Assembly: GCA_053919585.1 (NCBI GenBank)
Contig: CM132784.1
Direction: 5' to 3' (one strand)
Length of the DNA stretch: 64,000 nt
DNA from: Euprymna scolopes
Lineage: Eukaryota
Part shown: one piece after another, positions 10,470-24,889 of the stretch
How the letters are laid out: each line of letters opens with the position of its first letter
How positions within the stretch are numbered: the stretch's first letter is position 1
Made by a program: the position numbers and the translations under genes
Notes under the pieces: generated by a model
The model's input: only the letters and a program-made list of their open reading frames with translations
Database searches by the model: none
What the model was told of the DNA's origin: nothing

Positions 10470-13126
10470 GATGCTACATTTCACCTTTTCTGTCCTGTCA
10501 GAGTAATCCTTCATGATTGAGACAATTTTTACTTTTGTTCCTATCCAGAGTCCCCCTTTTATGGAGCTAGATTTCCTTATACTAAAAACTGACCTTATGT
10601 CTTACTTTGCCCTTATGGGGATGCAAGAAAATAGAAACATTTAAACTTGAACAAATTTAACTTGCACAAGTTCTATGGAGTGGGGCCACTGAAAAAAAAT
10701 TGTCTAGCATAAGAGTGAAACTAATTTTCTGTGGATTAACTGTTACCTTGTAAACATTCAATTACCAAATAATGCCATAACTTCATGTCCTATTAACAAA
10801 TATATTGGATAAATACAGCTAATTAATGAAAGTAAAATTATGTAGTTGCATTTACAAATCCTTAATTGCTATGAATCTCCTGCTACTGAGTAAGATGTAA
10901 CTAATTTTGTTTTGTCATTTCTATTGAAATGCATGAAACTTTCAGGAAGTTTGTTCAATTGGTTTTGAAGTTTTCTTTGGGTATGCTCTACACTTTACTG
11001 GATTCTAAGTGAGTTCCATGTTCATGGGATTCTCTTGAATCATCTTAGTTGGTCAAAAAACTAATTAACCCAAAAGTTAATCCTTGAAATTATGAAATAA
11101 CTGTCATTAACCCCAAACAGACTTTTCAATCTACATATTGAAAGAATGACAGATGTAGAACCATCTTCAACTAATGTTTCCGTTCGTTGAATGGACCTGG
11201 CTTGAAACATTAGTTTGGAAGTAACTTGTGTTCAAGGAGTAATAGGCTTCTAAAAAAATGTCAACTTATCGGTTGAGATTATTTTTCGGCATTTCACTTT
11301 ATTACTACCCCATAACCTAGCGATATCGCAACTGTTCATCTACTGGGTCTCTTTCCAGGCAAGATCTTCGGGTTGTAGTCAACAGGCATACTATGGAAAT
11401 GACTCGACTAATGTTTAAACAATATGAATATACTAGTCAGATTTGCCCTAGACAAAACCTCATTGTTGAACACCTACCTTTCTATGTTGCTCTCAGAATG
11501 CAACAAATGGTCAAGTGGGAGTCCTTTGACTACATGTGTTTATATAAAAATGTCATGTGCATTTGAAAAATCCATGGTGATCCAACTATAATTCTTTATT
11601 TCTAAAAATAAAAACTACTCGTGTCTTGTAACAATTGGTGCCAGTTAGAATTTTGATCTTCAATGGGCAATAGTTGATCATGTATAATCAAGTTGACTAA
11701 GTACCATCTGTTCCAGGATGGGTTAATATGCACTCTGCATGGAGTTATTAACAGATGAATAACCATTTTATTGTATTTCTTAAAGACTTCTGAATCAATT
11801 CTTTTCATTAGGTTTGTCTATATAACAAAGTACTGTATTTCAATAAACTTGTCTTGATCTATAAAAAGTTTAAAGAATTCAAGTTGATGTCTCTGCTCTC
11901 ATGTGATTTAACTGTTTAAAAAATGTACAACCAACCTTTATTTTATATTGGATATTAGGACAAGAATTATAAATTCCCCAAATGGAACAGTTTTGTCTTC
12001 TAAGATCAAAATTCAGATACGATGATACTTAGATTTCCTTTAGACTCCTTATTTTAAGTTTGATTTTAAATTAAGGATGATAAAAATCAATGAAAATTTG
12101 AAATATTTAAATTTTCAAATTTGTGATTTGTACCCTAAAAACCTTCAAATTCTCCCAACAAAACTGAAACTGAATATTTAGTGATGGCTAATACTTTTTT
12201 TATTTTTTACAGATCTTCTGTTCCCTTTGCATAAAGCTAAATTAAACTTAGCATATGTTTAAGCCCTCCCAAATTTGTCAACTGTGTTCCATAGTAATTA
12301 GACTGCTTAACTAGTATGAGTGCATAAATATATAAATTCCTTTATAAAGGAATTTCAATGTAAAAAAATTAAATTTCTAACATTATCTGAAATATATTTA
12401 ATTTCATTTGATCTGATTCCTTTTTAAAAGTTGAGTTAGTGTTTTATAAAAAATGCGAAAGAACAAATACTAATTGAAGCAGTTTTCTTAATGTTTAAGC
12501 CAAATTAATCATGAATGGCCTTAAAAAAACAAAAAACGCCAGGATTTTTTTTTTCCATAATATAAATCTGTCACTGTCAACTAGTAAATGAAATCATTAC
12601 AAGGGAGATAACTCTTTAAAGAACTTATTAGATTCTGTGTATTCTTCCTTCAGAGTAAATTAACATGCCATGTTTCATTCAATTGAACTGGCTTATTCTG
12701 AGGGAATCCAGGTAATTATCTCATTAAAGGTATTCTGTCCACACTACATGTAAATACAAACTATAGAGAAAAAACTCAAATTATTTAAATAAAAAAAAAT
12801 GGGAAGTCTCCAATAATTTTGACACCTGTCACATCGTTTTGACATGAGGCTATAGAGGTGAACATGATGTGCTCTTTACTCTGGATGCAGAACTGAGCTT
12901 TACTTTTACTTCTAGAATGTAAAGATGTATTCTCCTGATGTTGATATCTGGAATTACTTGCAAAAACTAAGGAAATCAAAATTGATACAAACATGAAAGT
13001 CGTTTATCCCTCTGAGAATCTTGCAAAAAATATACCATTTCAATAGTTTTAAAATTATTTAAATCTTATTTTTTCAATGGTTTTAATTTTACTTTTGTTC
13101 TATTTTATTTTAATTTGTACTCACAG

Positions 13127-13231
13127 CTAATGTGCAAGATGGCACCCTTGCTTGGCCGAGAGATGACGGAACGCTTATTTCTTGCTTACTTCGCTCAAAT
13201 GTGTATTGATCCTTTATTTCATGTGCGACGG
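13127..13231 (+). CDS. PPP4R1: PPP4R1 exon: LMCKMAPLLGREMTERLFLAYFAQMCIDPLFHVRR
   Basis: cacag/gtgagt; phase 0 to 0; matches IMCKMAPMVGKDITERL...FHVRK. Confidence 0.95.
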
Positions 13232-13586
13232 GTGAGTTTTGACTAAATTAGTTACCGAATTTGACTAAAATGTTAAACTGAAATAATGAAAAACCTTCAT
13301 TGTTTATTCACAGAACTTTATCAAAGTATCTGTTGCTCATTTTTATATACAACTAGCCTAAGTACTCGTACCAAGTTTGTCAATTTGAATTTTATGGTTA
13401 ATATTAGAAGTTAAAACATCCATTAAATAGAATTATTTTAAATGAATGAAAAATATTTTACATAAGCTGGGAAATAAAACTGCTTTAACTAAAAACCATC
13501 TTTAGATTGCATCTTTTTGAAAAAGAGCCAATAAAATATTGCAACTAAAGATGAATGCCTTATTCGCACAGCCACTCATTAAACTT

Positions 13587-13642
<56 letters not shown>

Positions 13643-14960
13643 TTCAGCATAGGGATGCAAAATTAGAAATTGCATAAATCTAGTCTTGTCTATAAACTTA
13701 GTTTTACAAATTTTTTATTATCGGTTTAATAAAACTGGTAAATGCTGGAGTTAAGATATACAAAATGAACAGTATTTGTTTAAACTTTCAAGAAATCTGC
13801 ATTCGAATTCCCAATTTTAAATGGGAGTCAACATTTTAAAAAATTTGCTTACTAAAAAAAATTAATTTGAAAGTAATTTTGAAGCCTTAAAATTTCAAGT
13901 TACAAATCAAGTATTTTTTTTATTTATTTTTTTTTTTTTTTGTGATCAGAACCATTATGCATTCGGTTTTATCCAGTGAGTTTATCTTGCAGAAAATGTT
14001 CAGCACTCCAACCAGTTAAACATTAAAGTTTAGAATTCATCATTTTAGCTTTGATCAACTTGTCAAAGGAAAGTATTTCTGGATGAAGTCTCTAGTCTTT
14101 TTCTCTTGCTACTTTATAAGACAAACTTTGCGACAGTTTGATACATTTCCAAGTTATATAACAAACGAGACCTTGTACTTGTTATATATAGTGTGTATGT
14201 GTACAACTCTCCTATAGCTAATGTTACTAGATCTATCATGACTAAACCTGGCATGATAATGATCCCCGACTTAGGGATGATGCACAATATTTTTCATTTA
14301 AGGTCATGATTTTGCTAGTATTAAACTACTTTTGACATGGGATAAGGCAGCAGAAACCAACAGATATGACTAATTATCACGCAAATCTGTCTTCTACTAG
14401 GAGTGTGCTTCAACATTGTCTGGTTTGTATGAAGTCCTTTTCATTGACTGATTTTTAGGTCTTATAAAAGTGGATTTTTATTACCTCTATCACTAGAACA
14501 GCAATTTACAACATTTGTATATGAAGTTGAAGCTTTGGTTCGGGGACATACAAGAAAATGATAGTTGCATTTTTAATAGAATGGATCCTAGATTTCAAAG
14601 ATTTGCTGTGGTTTCCTGCTTGCCACTTACTACCAAAGTCTGACAGATTCTAATGACTGCTGGATTTTCATCTGAGTTGGTCAAAGTAGCTCTAATATTG
14701 TAACATCTTACCACAATGGGGAAAGATTAAACTTGCATCTTTCAAATAATTGTACATATTTACAATTTTCAGCAACTTTCATTTGCTCTGGTTTTCATGA
14801 TAGTGTGGTCAGCTAAAAGCAAAATCCAGGCTCTTATTAAATAACTTTACTGCAGCTTCATGTATCTTCCTATGATCATAATTTAATGTGCTTTATATAT
14901 GGCAGTAAAATGTTAAGATATTAGTGATTGTTTATTTGAAATATCTTTTTGTATTTGCAG

Positions 14961-15026
14961 ATATGTGCTTGTAACTTTGGTGAGATGTGTGTAGTGGTTG
15001 GTGGTGAAAGTACTGAACATAATCTT
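14961..15026 (+). CDS. PPP4R1: PPP4R1 exon: ICACNFGEMCVVVGGESTEHNL
   Basis: ttgcag/gtaagt; 66 nt; matches VCAANFGDICSVVG. Confidence 0.93.
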
Positions 15027-15461
15027 GTAAGTTTTTTCTAATTTTTTTTATTGTTTTTTAAATTCCTTTCTTGCAAAGGACCCCCCCCCCTCCCTATCTC
15101 TTGTCTTTTTGCCTTTCGAACCTGGTATTATTAGAAAGAGCGCTCTTAGATATATCGAAAAATTGTCAATTATTTCATGTACCAATTATATTTAACTGTA
15201 TAGTTTGCCCTTGTTTGCTTTAATCATGCATGCAAACTTTTCTTGTTGAAAAGGGATATGGGAGTTCATAATGAACTGATAATCATATATGCAAAATGAA
15301 TTTTTAGCAAAAAAGAGGCTTTAATAACTTTTCACTTTGGTAAAAAAATATTCCATTGCTTTGTATCTGGCTGGTCAATACCAGATAATTCTGCAAGTTA
15401 ATACTTTTTCATTTAAGTGAAAATGACATCATTTGAACTTTTAATTTTCTTTGTTTTTCAG

Positions 15462-15620
15462 CTTGGTAGGTTCAGCTCTTTGTGTGAGGATGGTGTATGG
15501 GGGGTAAGAAAGGGTTGTGCAGAGTCCTTTATGGCTGTTGCATCAGTGTGCTCTGTGGAAGTGAGGCGAAATACACTAGCATCATTATTTGTCAGCTTAC
15601 TCTGTGATAGATCTCGATGG
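15462..15620 (+). CDS. PPP4R1: PPP4R1 exon: LGRFSSLCEDGVWGVRKGCAESFMAV...LLCDRSRW
   Basis: tttcag/gtaagt; 159 nt; HEAT repeat motif VWGVRK.CAE.FMAV. Confidence 0.95.
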
Positions 15621-15625
15621 GTAAG

Positions 15626-15657
<32 letters not shown>

Positions 15658-16132
15658 AGCCTTTTGAGTATTACCTGAAAATGTGTAACTTGATCTGGAA
15701 TTGAAGATTTCAAATTGAGTACTCATTTAAAATCTTGCTCTTAATTTTTGCTAAAATGTGGATATGACTGTTTGTTGGTTTTTAATTAAAATTGGAAATA
15801 ATTCCTAATTGGTAAACTAACAAAAATTTAAAGTTTTGTGTCTGAGAACTTGCTAACAAAGGAGTGAAATGTTTCTTCTAACACATTTTGAAGCAATTCT
15901 GGTTAAGATAAATATAATCCTTTTCTGGACTAATTTTAATAAACTAAAATGAAGTCTGGATTCTCAATAATAGAATTGCATCTGACATGTTTTAATTTGG
16001 CATTTGGCAATATAATTTATCCTCTTTGGAATATTTGCAATATTTCCAATAATGATACTAGTACACTACTTTGATAGAAACTATTACAGAAACAAACTAT
16101 TAACTTTTAAATGATTGATTTTTTTTTATCAG

Positions 16133-16257
16133 GTGAGAATGTCCGCCTTCCAGCAGCTAGGCCCCTTTATTTCTACTTTTTCTTCGCCAAACAATGAGTC
16201 AGGATTGTATATAAGTGAAGATGGTGTTCTGCACGTCTCCAAAGATCTTGCTGAAAG
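16133..16257 (+). CDS. PPP4R1: PPP4R1 exon: VRMSAFQQLGPFISTFSSPNNESGLYISEDGVLHVSKDLAE(R)
   Basis: atcag/gtaaga; LGPFISTF motif; ends phase 2. Confidence 0.94.
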
Positions 16258-17344
16258 GTAAGATTAAGATTTCAAAATTTTATTCAGCAGGTCAATAGAT
16301 ATTTTAAAATTGCATAAAATTTTATCCATATGCACAGGGTTTGGTTTTGAACCTGCATAGGTCGTGATTGTTTTCATTCTAATTCAGTGATTAACATTGC
16401 AACCAGTGTCTGAATGTATCATTACTGTTACAAACAAAATCACAACTCTAGTTTAAAACTAATATTTTATTTTCAGAAGATACAATGATACTTGTTTTCT
16501 CATTGATGATGGTTTTGTAAATCAACACTTGAATACAAACACAAGCCCCAACTGATTACTCTATTGCCTTGTTGAAATAGGATATTAACTTCATTTATGG
16601 TAGACCAAAAGTAAGCTTACGTAAAAATTGTTGGCAGTAAGAGACTCCTTAGTTTAAAAATTATGGTTTACTCTAGCTAAAATCTAGCTCGCCTATATAG
16701 CATGAATTTTTGTAGTCAAGATTGTTGAGCCAGACAATTTTTTTCTCTTTATTCTCTTTAATAAAATATTTCTCCCACTGTAGGCCTGCCATGAGTAGCA
16801 TTGTGCATGACGTAATCTCATATTTAAGGACTTGTTTATACATAGTCATCTCTTATCTCTTCTATACTTGGGTATAAAAGGCACTTTGTGAGTTTGGTAT
16901 GGACTGTGCATAAAATCAACTTATGGTTCTTTGACATGATAGGGACATGGTAGAAATGAATCTTTTAGAATTGAATCATGATACTTGATTTTAAACTTTA
17001 ATTCAAGCAATTATATAAATTTCTATCAAAACAGTAGCTGCTATATACATGTCAATGTGTTTGTATGTCTCGCAAAAACTTTCCACACAGGCCACGGATT
17101 TCGCTTGATAGCTATCATTTTGAAGCTCGAACCTTCAGCCAACAAATATAATTTAAAAAAAAAAAAAAAATGGCTAAAAACATTGATTCCTTCACCCTCA
17201 ACTAGACTATTTTTTTTTTTTTTTTTTTTTACAGGGAGAGTAGCAAAAAATTGTTCCTTCATGACAACTATATATGCATGCGTCAATGGTGGTGTCCATT
17301 GAATTAGTTTAAATATAAAAACCGACTCAATTTCAGCAACCCTT

Positions 17345-17400
17345 TCTTAGCTCAGTTGGTTAAAAAGCAGCATCATTATCTAGATTGAGTTTGAATCGGG
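17345..17400 (+). mobile_element. Degenerate tRNA-derived (SINE-like) head
   Basis: A-box-like TAGCTCAGTTGG and B-box-like GAGTTTGAATC; no intact cloverleaf. Confidence 0.35.
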
Positions 17401-17565
17401 ATATAAGATATCTTTTCATTATGGAAACGGTTCATTCTTTTTCCATCATGTATGCTGTTTCCCCCCCCCCTCAGATTTTCTAAAGTTTTTTTATTGAAAC
17501 AACCCATTTTGTTATTTAAACCCCACCACCACCATGCGTACCTTCAAACCCCCGAGCACCAATGC

Positions 17566-18514
17566 TAGTATATATATAAGTAAAGTGTGTGTGCGTGTGT
17601 ACACTTTCCTACCAAATAACTGTCAATTTTCAGTCTACAGACTAGAGATTTGAGAAAATCTTTAGTTTTCAAAGTTCAACGATTTGACTTTAAGAACTCC
17701 GTCAATTTTAGATAAGTTACTTAGATAAGGATCTAACTTAACATTTGTTTTGGGCTCAAATAAAGTTATTAAGGGGTCATAATTGGGGTCAGTTAAAAAA
17801 AAAAGACCTCTACTAAATTACTCGGCCAATTTTTGGTCTAAACATCTGAAACTTTACATAGTGTAGTGTATAGACATAGGGCAAGATTTTATCCCCCCCC
17901 CCCCGGAAAATTTGGCGTCATATGGGTCAAGTTTCAAAAGACTTTACCTTTGCAGTCTCTAGCAAACTATTAAGCCAATTTTAGATCTAAACACTTGAAA
18001 TTGTGCATAAGGGGTATTCAGTTTGGCTGCCAAGAGGTCAGTTGGTGTTAACCTTTGCAGACTCTACTAAACTCCTTTGCCAATTTTGGGTTTAAACACT
18101 TCAAATTTTAAATGTAGGTTACTTGGACATGGGTCAAACTTTTTGATTTGAACCCCAGAAACTAAATGTTGAGGGGTCAAAGTTTTTAAAAAAAAATTAC
18201 CTCTGTGGTCTCTATGAAATTACTTGGCCAATTTTTGGTCAAAGTATTTGAAATCTTACATAAAGTGTATCCACACGTAGGGCAAGTCATGAACAGTACA
18301 TAGTTCAGCCCGTGTGTGTGTGTCAATATAACAATATATTGACTGTCACTACAGAGGGGCATGTGAAGCTTTCTTCCTGTGCAGTGGGTCCCTGACTAGA
18401 ACAGTCGAGTTAATTGAAAAATGAGCAGTTTCGCCTGGTGACAAAAGTATTGGGAGTGTGAAATTAGTTCATCCTCATTCAATACTGAGCAATGTTGGGT
18501 CCTCGTGTATTAGT
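17566..18514 (+). mobile_element. Probable decayed non-autonomous Helitron-like repeat with ~130-bp internal degenerate repeats
   Basis: Starts with TATATATAAG and (GT)n; four internal ccaattttNgg..taaacac repeats; degenerate hairpin plus TTAGT end. Confidence 0.4.
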
Positions 18515-21108
18515 TAAGTTTTATGGAAATGTTTTTGAGAGGAATAAATATTTAGTTTCCTTCATTTGGACATTTCTGATTTTTTTCACTCAACTTCATG
18601 TATTACCACAATGGTATGCTCCACTTGCCAAATAGTATTTTCTAATAATCGTATTAAATCGATGGTCTATGATATAAAACTGATTTTTACACTGATTTTT
18701 CTTTTTTCATAGCTTTATCTTTACTAAAAGTTTGCATGTTTAGCACTAGTCTTCAAAGTTACCTTCCTTCTTGAATGTACCGCCTTATCCTGACCAAACT
18801 TTTTTTAGCTTGTGCCATTTTAGGGTTAAAGGAGTTTTTCAAGTGAGACTTGCCACTCAGATTTAATGTTAAGGTATGACCCATTCAAAGGAAGCATTTT
18901 TAGGTGAGCTTGTTACGCTGATCTTGGTGTATATGTAAATAATAATGCTAACTTTTCAAATTGAAAAAAATATCAAGAATCTGGAGTACTAACTGCTGAA
19001 AGGCAAGAATGGCTAGGAAATAGGGATCATTATGCATTAAATTTATTTTTATTTATCCCCCCTCAGTAAGCTTTTAGGTTATTCACATTGTCTAAAAAGT
19101 AGAATCTTTATTTTATTTTTACATTAGCAGCTATAAGTATATTTACAAACCATATCCTTTGTAGAAAATTTAAAAGAATCTCAAACTGCGCTTTTTTTTT
19201 ATTATTATTATTAAACTTCCTATACTTAAACTTTTTACAAAGCTCGTCCTTTTAAAATTGAACAGTCGATGGCTGATGTTGCTGATAAGCTTATAATTAT
19301 AAGCACTATTCAAATTGTTTCCTTTTGCTAAAAACAGGTAAAAATTTTGGAGGAAGCCCAACTGGTACCAAGACAAAATAAATGAACTTTGTACTCTAAT
19401 GAGTTTAATCATTTTTCAAAATTCCTCGGGTCATTAAGTAATTAAGCATACTGAAAGTAAAAAAAAAAAAAAATTTAAAAAAAATGGATGCAAAATGGCT
19501 TTAAGCTTTATCACTACTTTTCTAAAAACTCAAATATATCCTGGAGATTATTTAATGAAGTATGTGAATGTATATTCATTTCGAACAAAATGGTTTTTCA
19601 AGGATTTAAAGAATTTTGTTTTAAAATATGACCTTGAAATATCAAAAGGGTTTTTATGGTGGCCACTTGTTGATGTAAACCTTCAGTTTGTGTATAAGCA
19701 TAAAAGGGATATGAAACCTTATACTTGGTTGGCCTATCACCATGGATCAGTTGAGCAGGCTCCATATGGCGACTGCAACTTTGAGATCAACCATACCCAA
19801 CGATTTGATGCTGCCATGAAAGTCATTTGAACTTCCAGTGACGTAGACCAGAGGTGAAGGTCCAGAATCTGCTTGGTATCTTGTATTGGTCTTGATCCAG
19901 GTCTTTGGCTGCAATCCATAATGTTTCTTCCGGCCCTGTGGTAGGGCCAGGTCAACAGCTTTGTGAATGAAATCTGGTTGTCAGTGAAGGGCATGGCCAA
20001 ACCACCAGAGGCGTTTCCTGATGTTTTACAGCATGTACAGATGAGCATTAGAGGAATTGCTACCAGCGAACCTTGTAAGGTGATATGATGTAAGAAAACA
20101 AATGAGAAAGGACACCTCCAGAGATAAAGAATTGTGAGAAAGTTAATACAACTTTTGGAGTCTGTGACTGAATTTAAGAGGCATGGCATTTTAGGGTTTT
20201 TGGTAGTATAATTCTAGGAGTTAGGTGAAATTTCTGTATGCTGAAAGATACCTCAAAAAGAACCAAATTCTAAATGTGGGTAGAACAAGATGTTTGTATA
20301 AGCTTTCTCTTAGATTTGCTGTGAATGAATCTGAAGGAAATAACGGAGTTCTAGGTCAGAACCTTCCTCGTCTCTTTAAACAGCCATTTCTATGGCCTCA
20401 AAAAAAGTTTGATTAGTCTTGACTGCATTTAATCACATTTCAAGGGTATTTAACCCTTGAAAGGATGAAGTAATGCATAAATGATTTCCTTGATCACAGA
20501 TACTACACATTCAGCCTTGACAAAACGCGGATAAAAATGTAATCTGAGACGATATCTTGTTTTATAACAAAAATCTTGTATTTATATTGTAAGAATGATG
20601 TAGAATCACGGCAGTAAGTGCCAACTATAGAGAAACGCTGGCATTTGACCCTGAAACCATCAGATACAAAAATAAGATAAATGCTATTATCTCATGCATG
20701 TTAGTTGAAAAGAGAATTGTAAAGATGAAGAAATAGAATGCTGATTAAGAATTGTTTCGTTGAACACTACTTGTATGTAAAACAAATTTGTGATAAAATA
20801 GGAATTCTCGAAGAAAAACTAATCTTTCAATTTTTTAATTTTTGACAATGTTTAAACCAGCCAAGAGTTGTTCAGCAGTTCAGGCTTATGCAGAGAACTC
20901 ATAAAAATTGTTCCTCGTGATTCGCATCAGTATTAAGTCCTTAATTGGCTGACTGTGTTTATTTGTACGTACAAGCTGTAGGGTTTCTATTTAATGTTTT
21001 ATTCCTGACAAACTTTGATGAGCTAGTTTAGCCTTGTATTTTAGTAATTGCTAGTAAGATAAAATAGCTCTCCCCTCTTTTTTCTAATGTTGTTTCTTGA
21101 CTTTGCAG

Positions 21109-22097
21109 GAATCTAACAGATGCTGAAAAAGAAGCCAAATTGTCTAATGATAGAGCTGCCAACAACACTAAACAGACACCGACGGAGCCTCCGACGGTAC
21201 CATCACCATCGTCTGCAAATTGTTTGCAAGAAAACAGCAAGACCTGTGAATCGACAACCAGCTGCCAGACTGAGGCTGACATTCTTTCATCCACCTCTTC
21301 TTCGTCCTGTGATATGACAACCGTAGAACCAAACTGTGATATAACTCTTCAGTCCATCAGTATAGAAGATGACCCCTCTACAACAAACTCTGGGGCTGTC
21401 ACAGAAGTAATGACTTATAACCAAGAAATTTCACTTGAAGAAAACCGGTTATCTGTCCACTTGGAGCCTTTACCGGCAAATACTGTCAATAGTGACCATA
21501 GTAATGTTTCTAATGATAATGCTGATAATAAAACGCCTGACGTTATCTCGGCGTGTTCAGCAGAAAGCTCTCTCCTCCAACAAAGCAATGATCCTATCCA
21601 GGAACAGGTAATAGCACAGCCCGACATCGCTGCTACTGATGCCAAGGTCCAATCCACAGACGAAACAACATCCAAGTCTCCAGATTCCTTCAATACATTT
21701 CAATTTTGGAGAACCCCACTTCCCGATCTCAATATCGAGCAGGATCTTTTGTCAAAACAATCGTCGGATGCAAGTACGTCGTTAGGTAGCACTTCTGAAG
21801 GTTCCGGCCTCATCTACTCCCTGTTTTCGTCAATTGACCATCCTGAACTTGGCAGTGGCACTCATTGTGTCTCTGAACAAATTCTGAACCATTTAGCTGA
21901 TATGGAGCTTGGGAATATGTCTTCAGACTCGTCATCATGCGTTCAAAGTGAACTTAGTGCTGCAAGAATGTTGCACACAGCCAGCATAAGCACTGTGTAT
22001 AATCCGAGCGAAACTGTATCTGACATTGGTAGCACCCATGTCTTTGGCCATCATATGAATGATTCAAACAAGATCATTGTTGGTGGCTTAAGTGATT
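21109..22097 (+). CDS. PPP4R1: PPP4R1 large exon encoding the S/T/D/E-rich linker with conserved FNTFQFWRTPLPDL
   Basis: ttgcag/gtaagt; 989 nt open frame (ORF 21140-22231); phase 2 to 1; FWRTPLP motif recalled from PPP4R1. Confidence 0.93.
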
Positions 22098-22749
22098 GTA
22101 AGTACCAAAAATCTATTTCTCTGAAATTTTACATTTTATTTAAGCAATTGAAATTGGTATGCATTTCGTTAGTAAACAAGCAGACTATCTTTTGTTACTC
22201 ACAGAAAAAAATGTACCTCTTTGTAATTTGAAGGTGTTTACTGTTTCTGGCGTTCAAATTTTCTTTAATGTTGAAAACGATTTACATACAATAATTTTAT
22301 AGATAACCAATTATAGGTTTTATAAGTTTATTTAATTTAATAACCATATGTAATTAAAGGGAGAGAAAAGGGTTAACTGAAAGTAAAGACTCCTTGGAGG
22401 AAAGAGTTGAACTAATGTTGAATTTAATCATAGTAAACCATGTCCTATTACTGCTTGTCATAAATGATGCCTATTCATGGCACACACGCCAAAAGTACTG
22501 CTTTCTATTTCTTTTTCTGTCCAAATGGATCAGAGGAGATGACTGCGCTTATGCACTCCTGATGTAAAAGTATAATCTCTTGCAGATATTGACTGACTCT
22601 AAAAAAAAAAAAAAAAAGCAACTGTCATGGATTTATGTAAGCAGGAATGTGTCATAGAATTTCTAGCAAAAATGCACTCAGAATGGTAGTGATGATAGAA
22701 AAATAATGAAATGCAAAAGGTCGCTCATTTTAATGATGCTACTGCTGTA

Positions 22750-23530
22750 CAGGATGGAAAGATATAATTGTCACTGTAACAAAGAATACAGCTTTATTTT
22801 AACTTATTGAAGAAAAAATCAATTAACTTATGTAGTAGAGCTAACCTCTAATCAATGTAGCTGCTGCAATCACTGCCTCTACATGAGTTCGGAACTGGGA
22901 GCATGCCTTTCCACAAGCACCAGCTGGAGCTTGGCAGATGGCAGTGATCAGACTGGCTTTAGTATTGTTGGAGGTAATGTTAATGTTCTGGACATATGAC
23001 CAAACAAAGTAGTTCAGCAGGTTCAGATCAGAAGTGGGGACTAGTGAGAAAAGGATCAAAACTTGTAACACTCCTTCTGAAGCCAAGTCTGGATCTCTTT
23101 GGATGTGAGTCAGCTGAGTCCTGCTGCCACATCCAGAGTCTGCCAGCAGCTATGTGCTTGCACCAGGGGATCACCACACTCTCCAGCACATCCAGGTACA
23201 TCCAGGGTGTTGATTTTTCAAGCTGACTTCAGATGTGAGATGGCATGATATGGCCTTTACTTGACACCACACCAAAGGCCATAATCGTGGGTGGAAACGT
23301 TTTCATCACTCTGAGTATGTCCCTGTTATCCAGATTTCATTTTGAGGGTACAGGCAATGGTCCTGCTGTCATAACTTGGATCGGTAAAGTGCAGGAGTTG
23401 TACAGCAGCACATTTTCGATCTTGCTCATTAAACCTTGTTACTTTCAGATGAGAGAAGGCTCCTATTGCTCTTGGGATTTGTACACTACTGGCCAATTAG
23501 ATTATGGTCTGCAACAAAAAGAAAATCAGT
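22750..23530 (-). mobile_element. Decayed Tc1/mariner (maT/DD37D-like) transposon remnant
   Basis: Minus strand encodes MAFGVVSSKGHIMP, YLDVLESVVIPW, WQQDSA, SDLNLLNYFVW and KACSQFRTHVEAVIAA; TA-CAGGATG terminus near 22748. Confidence 0.8.
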
Positions 23531-24152
23531 TTTCATCAAATGGAAATGAAATCATGTCACCTTTTCTAGAGCAACAATTTTATCGTTCCACCTTGTAGTT
23601 AAGAAAAAGAGGCTTTACTTTTAGAATGACCTGTGTTTCTGTGAAAAAATAAAATGAAACTTCAAAAATTTCACAGGTCAATTATGTTTTTTTAACTTAT
23701 TTGTACACAAGAGCTGGATTTCTTAGTTTTTAGGTTTTGGCTAAGCTAAAGTCTTAAAGTTCTTTATTTGCAATTTGTTTTTGCCCCAATTCAGTGTGCT
23801 CCTTTTTGTCAGCTAGATGCATTTTTTGCTCTAAAAAGCATTCTTGTTATAAGCGACTAACATACTTCCTAATTTTTGGCGTAATGCTACTGGAAATGGT
23901 GACAAAGCAGTTTGCTTTCTTCCTCACGGTCTATAAATTATTTTGATTTCAATTTTATTTTTATACTTTCATAAACATTATATAAATTCAAATAAACTTT
24001 TTAAAATGCATAAACTTTTATAATTCCATAAACAATTATTAAAAAAGTTAAAAAAAAAACAAAAACTAAAGTTTTAATTTTAAACAGTGCTAATACAAAC
24101 TAATTATATCTAGTATTTTTGTATACTATTCAATAATGTCCTTTATATTTTA

Positions 24153-24827
24153 CTAGCAAAAGTACCCGTCGTTGACTGGGTTCAAAAACAGCCTACAGAA
24201 AATGGACTGATTTATGAAAGTATGATAGGTTATGAAAAGGAAGGGTTGTAAATTTAGATTGAATTTGGGGGTATCAAAACCAAAGCAAAATATAATGAAA
24301 ATATAATAGATAAACCCCATAATTTATTATACTATACCTGTTCACACTGAAACACTTATCACAATATTCTGTGGATCTATATTAAAAAAACCTTGTTAAA
24401 CTTTGTGACATATTTCCATTCTATGGAGGTCAGGTGTGAACGAACACCCAATAATTTTATACCATATTTCTTCAAACTGAAACATAATTATCTACTTAGG
24501 CAGATAGATATGAAGTCTTTATTAAAGTTTGTGCCTATTTCCATTCTATGGAGGCCAGGCGCGAACGCAGACCCCACAATTTTATTATACCATCCCTATT
24601 TAAGTAAAAACATGCTTATCAAAGTATTATGTACATCTTTATCAAAAATACTTGTAAAAATTAAAAAATTTTTTCTTTCCATACTTTGTAGACCAGGCAT
24701 GAACGCAGACCCCACAATTTTAATGAACCACCGTTCTGCCAGATCAAACATACCCATTCCTGTGTCCTGATAATCTATCATATGTAATCAGTTTAAAATA
24801 GTCAGCCATATAGAAGCCTATTCGTGA

Positions 24828-24889
<62 letters not shown>

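Noticed and set aside
17345-17400. Functional tRNA gene
   Set aside because: A/B-box-like motifs only; acceptor and anticodon stems cannot be formed
19495-20190. ORFs of 111 and 150 aa in a GC-richer patch
   Set aside because: No recognisable domain; probably a decayed TE fragment that I cannot classify
21011-21026. ctttgatgagctag resembling the 3' half of miR-2
   Set aside because: No seed and no complementary arm; probably chance
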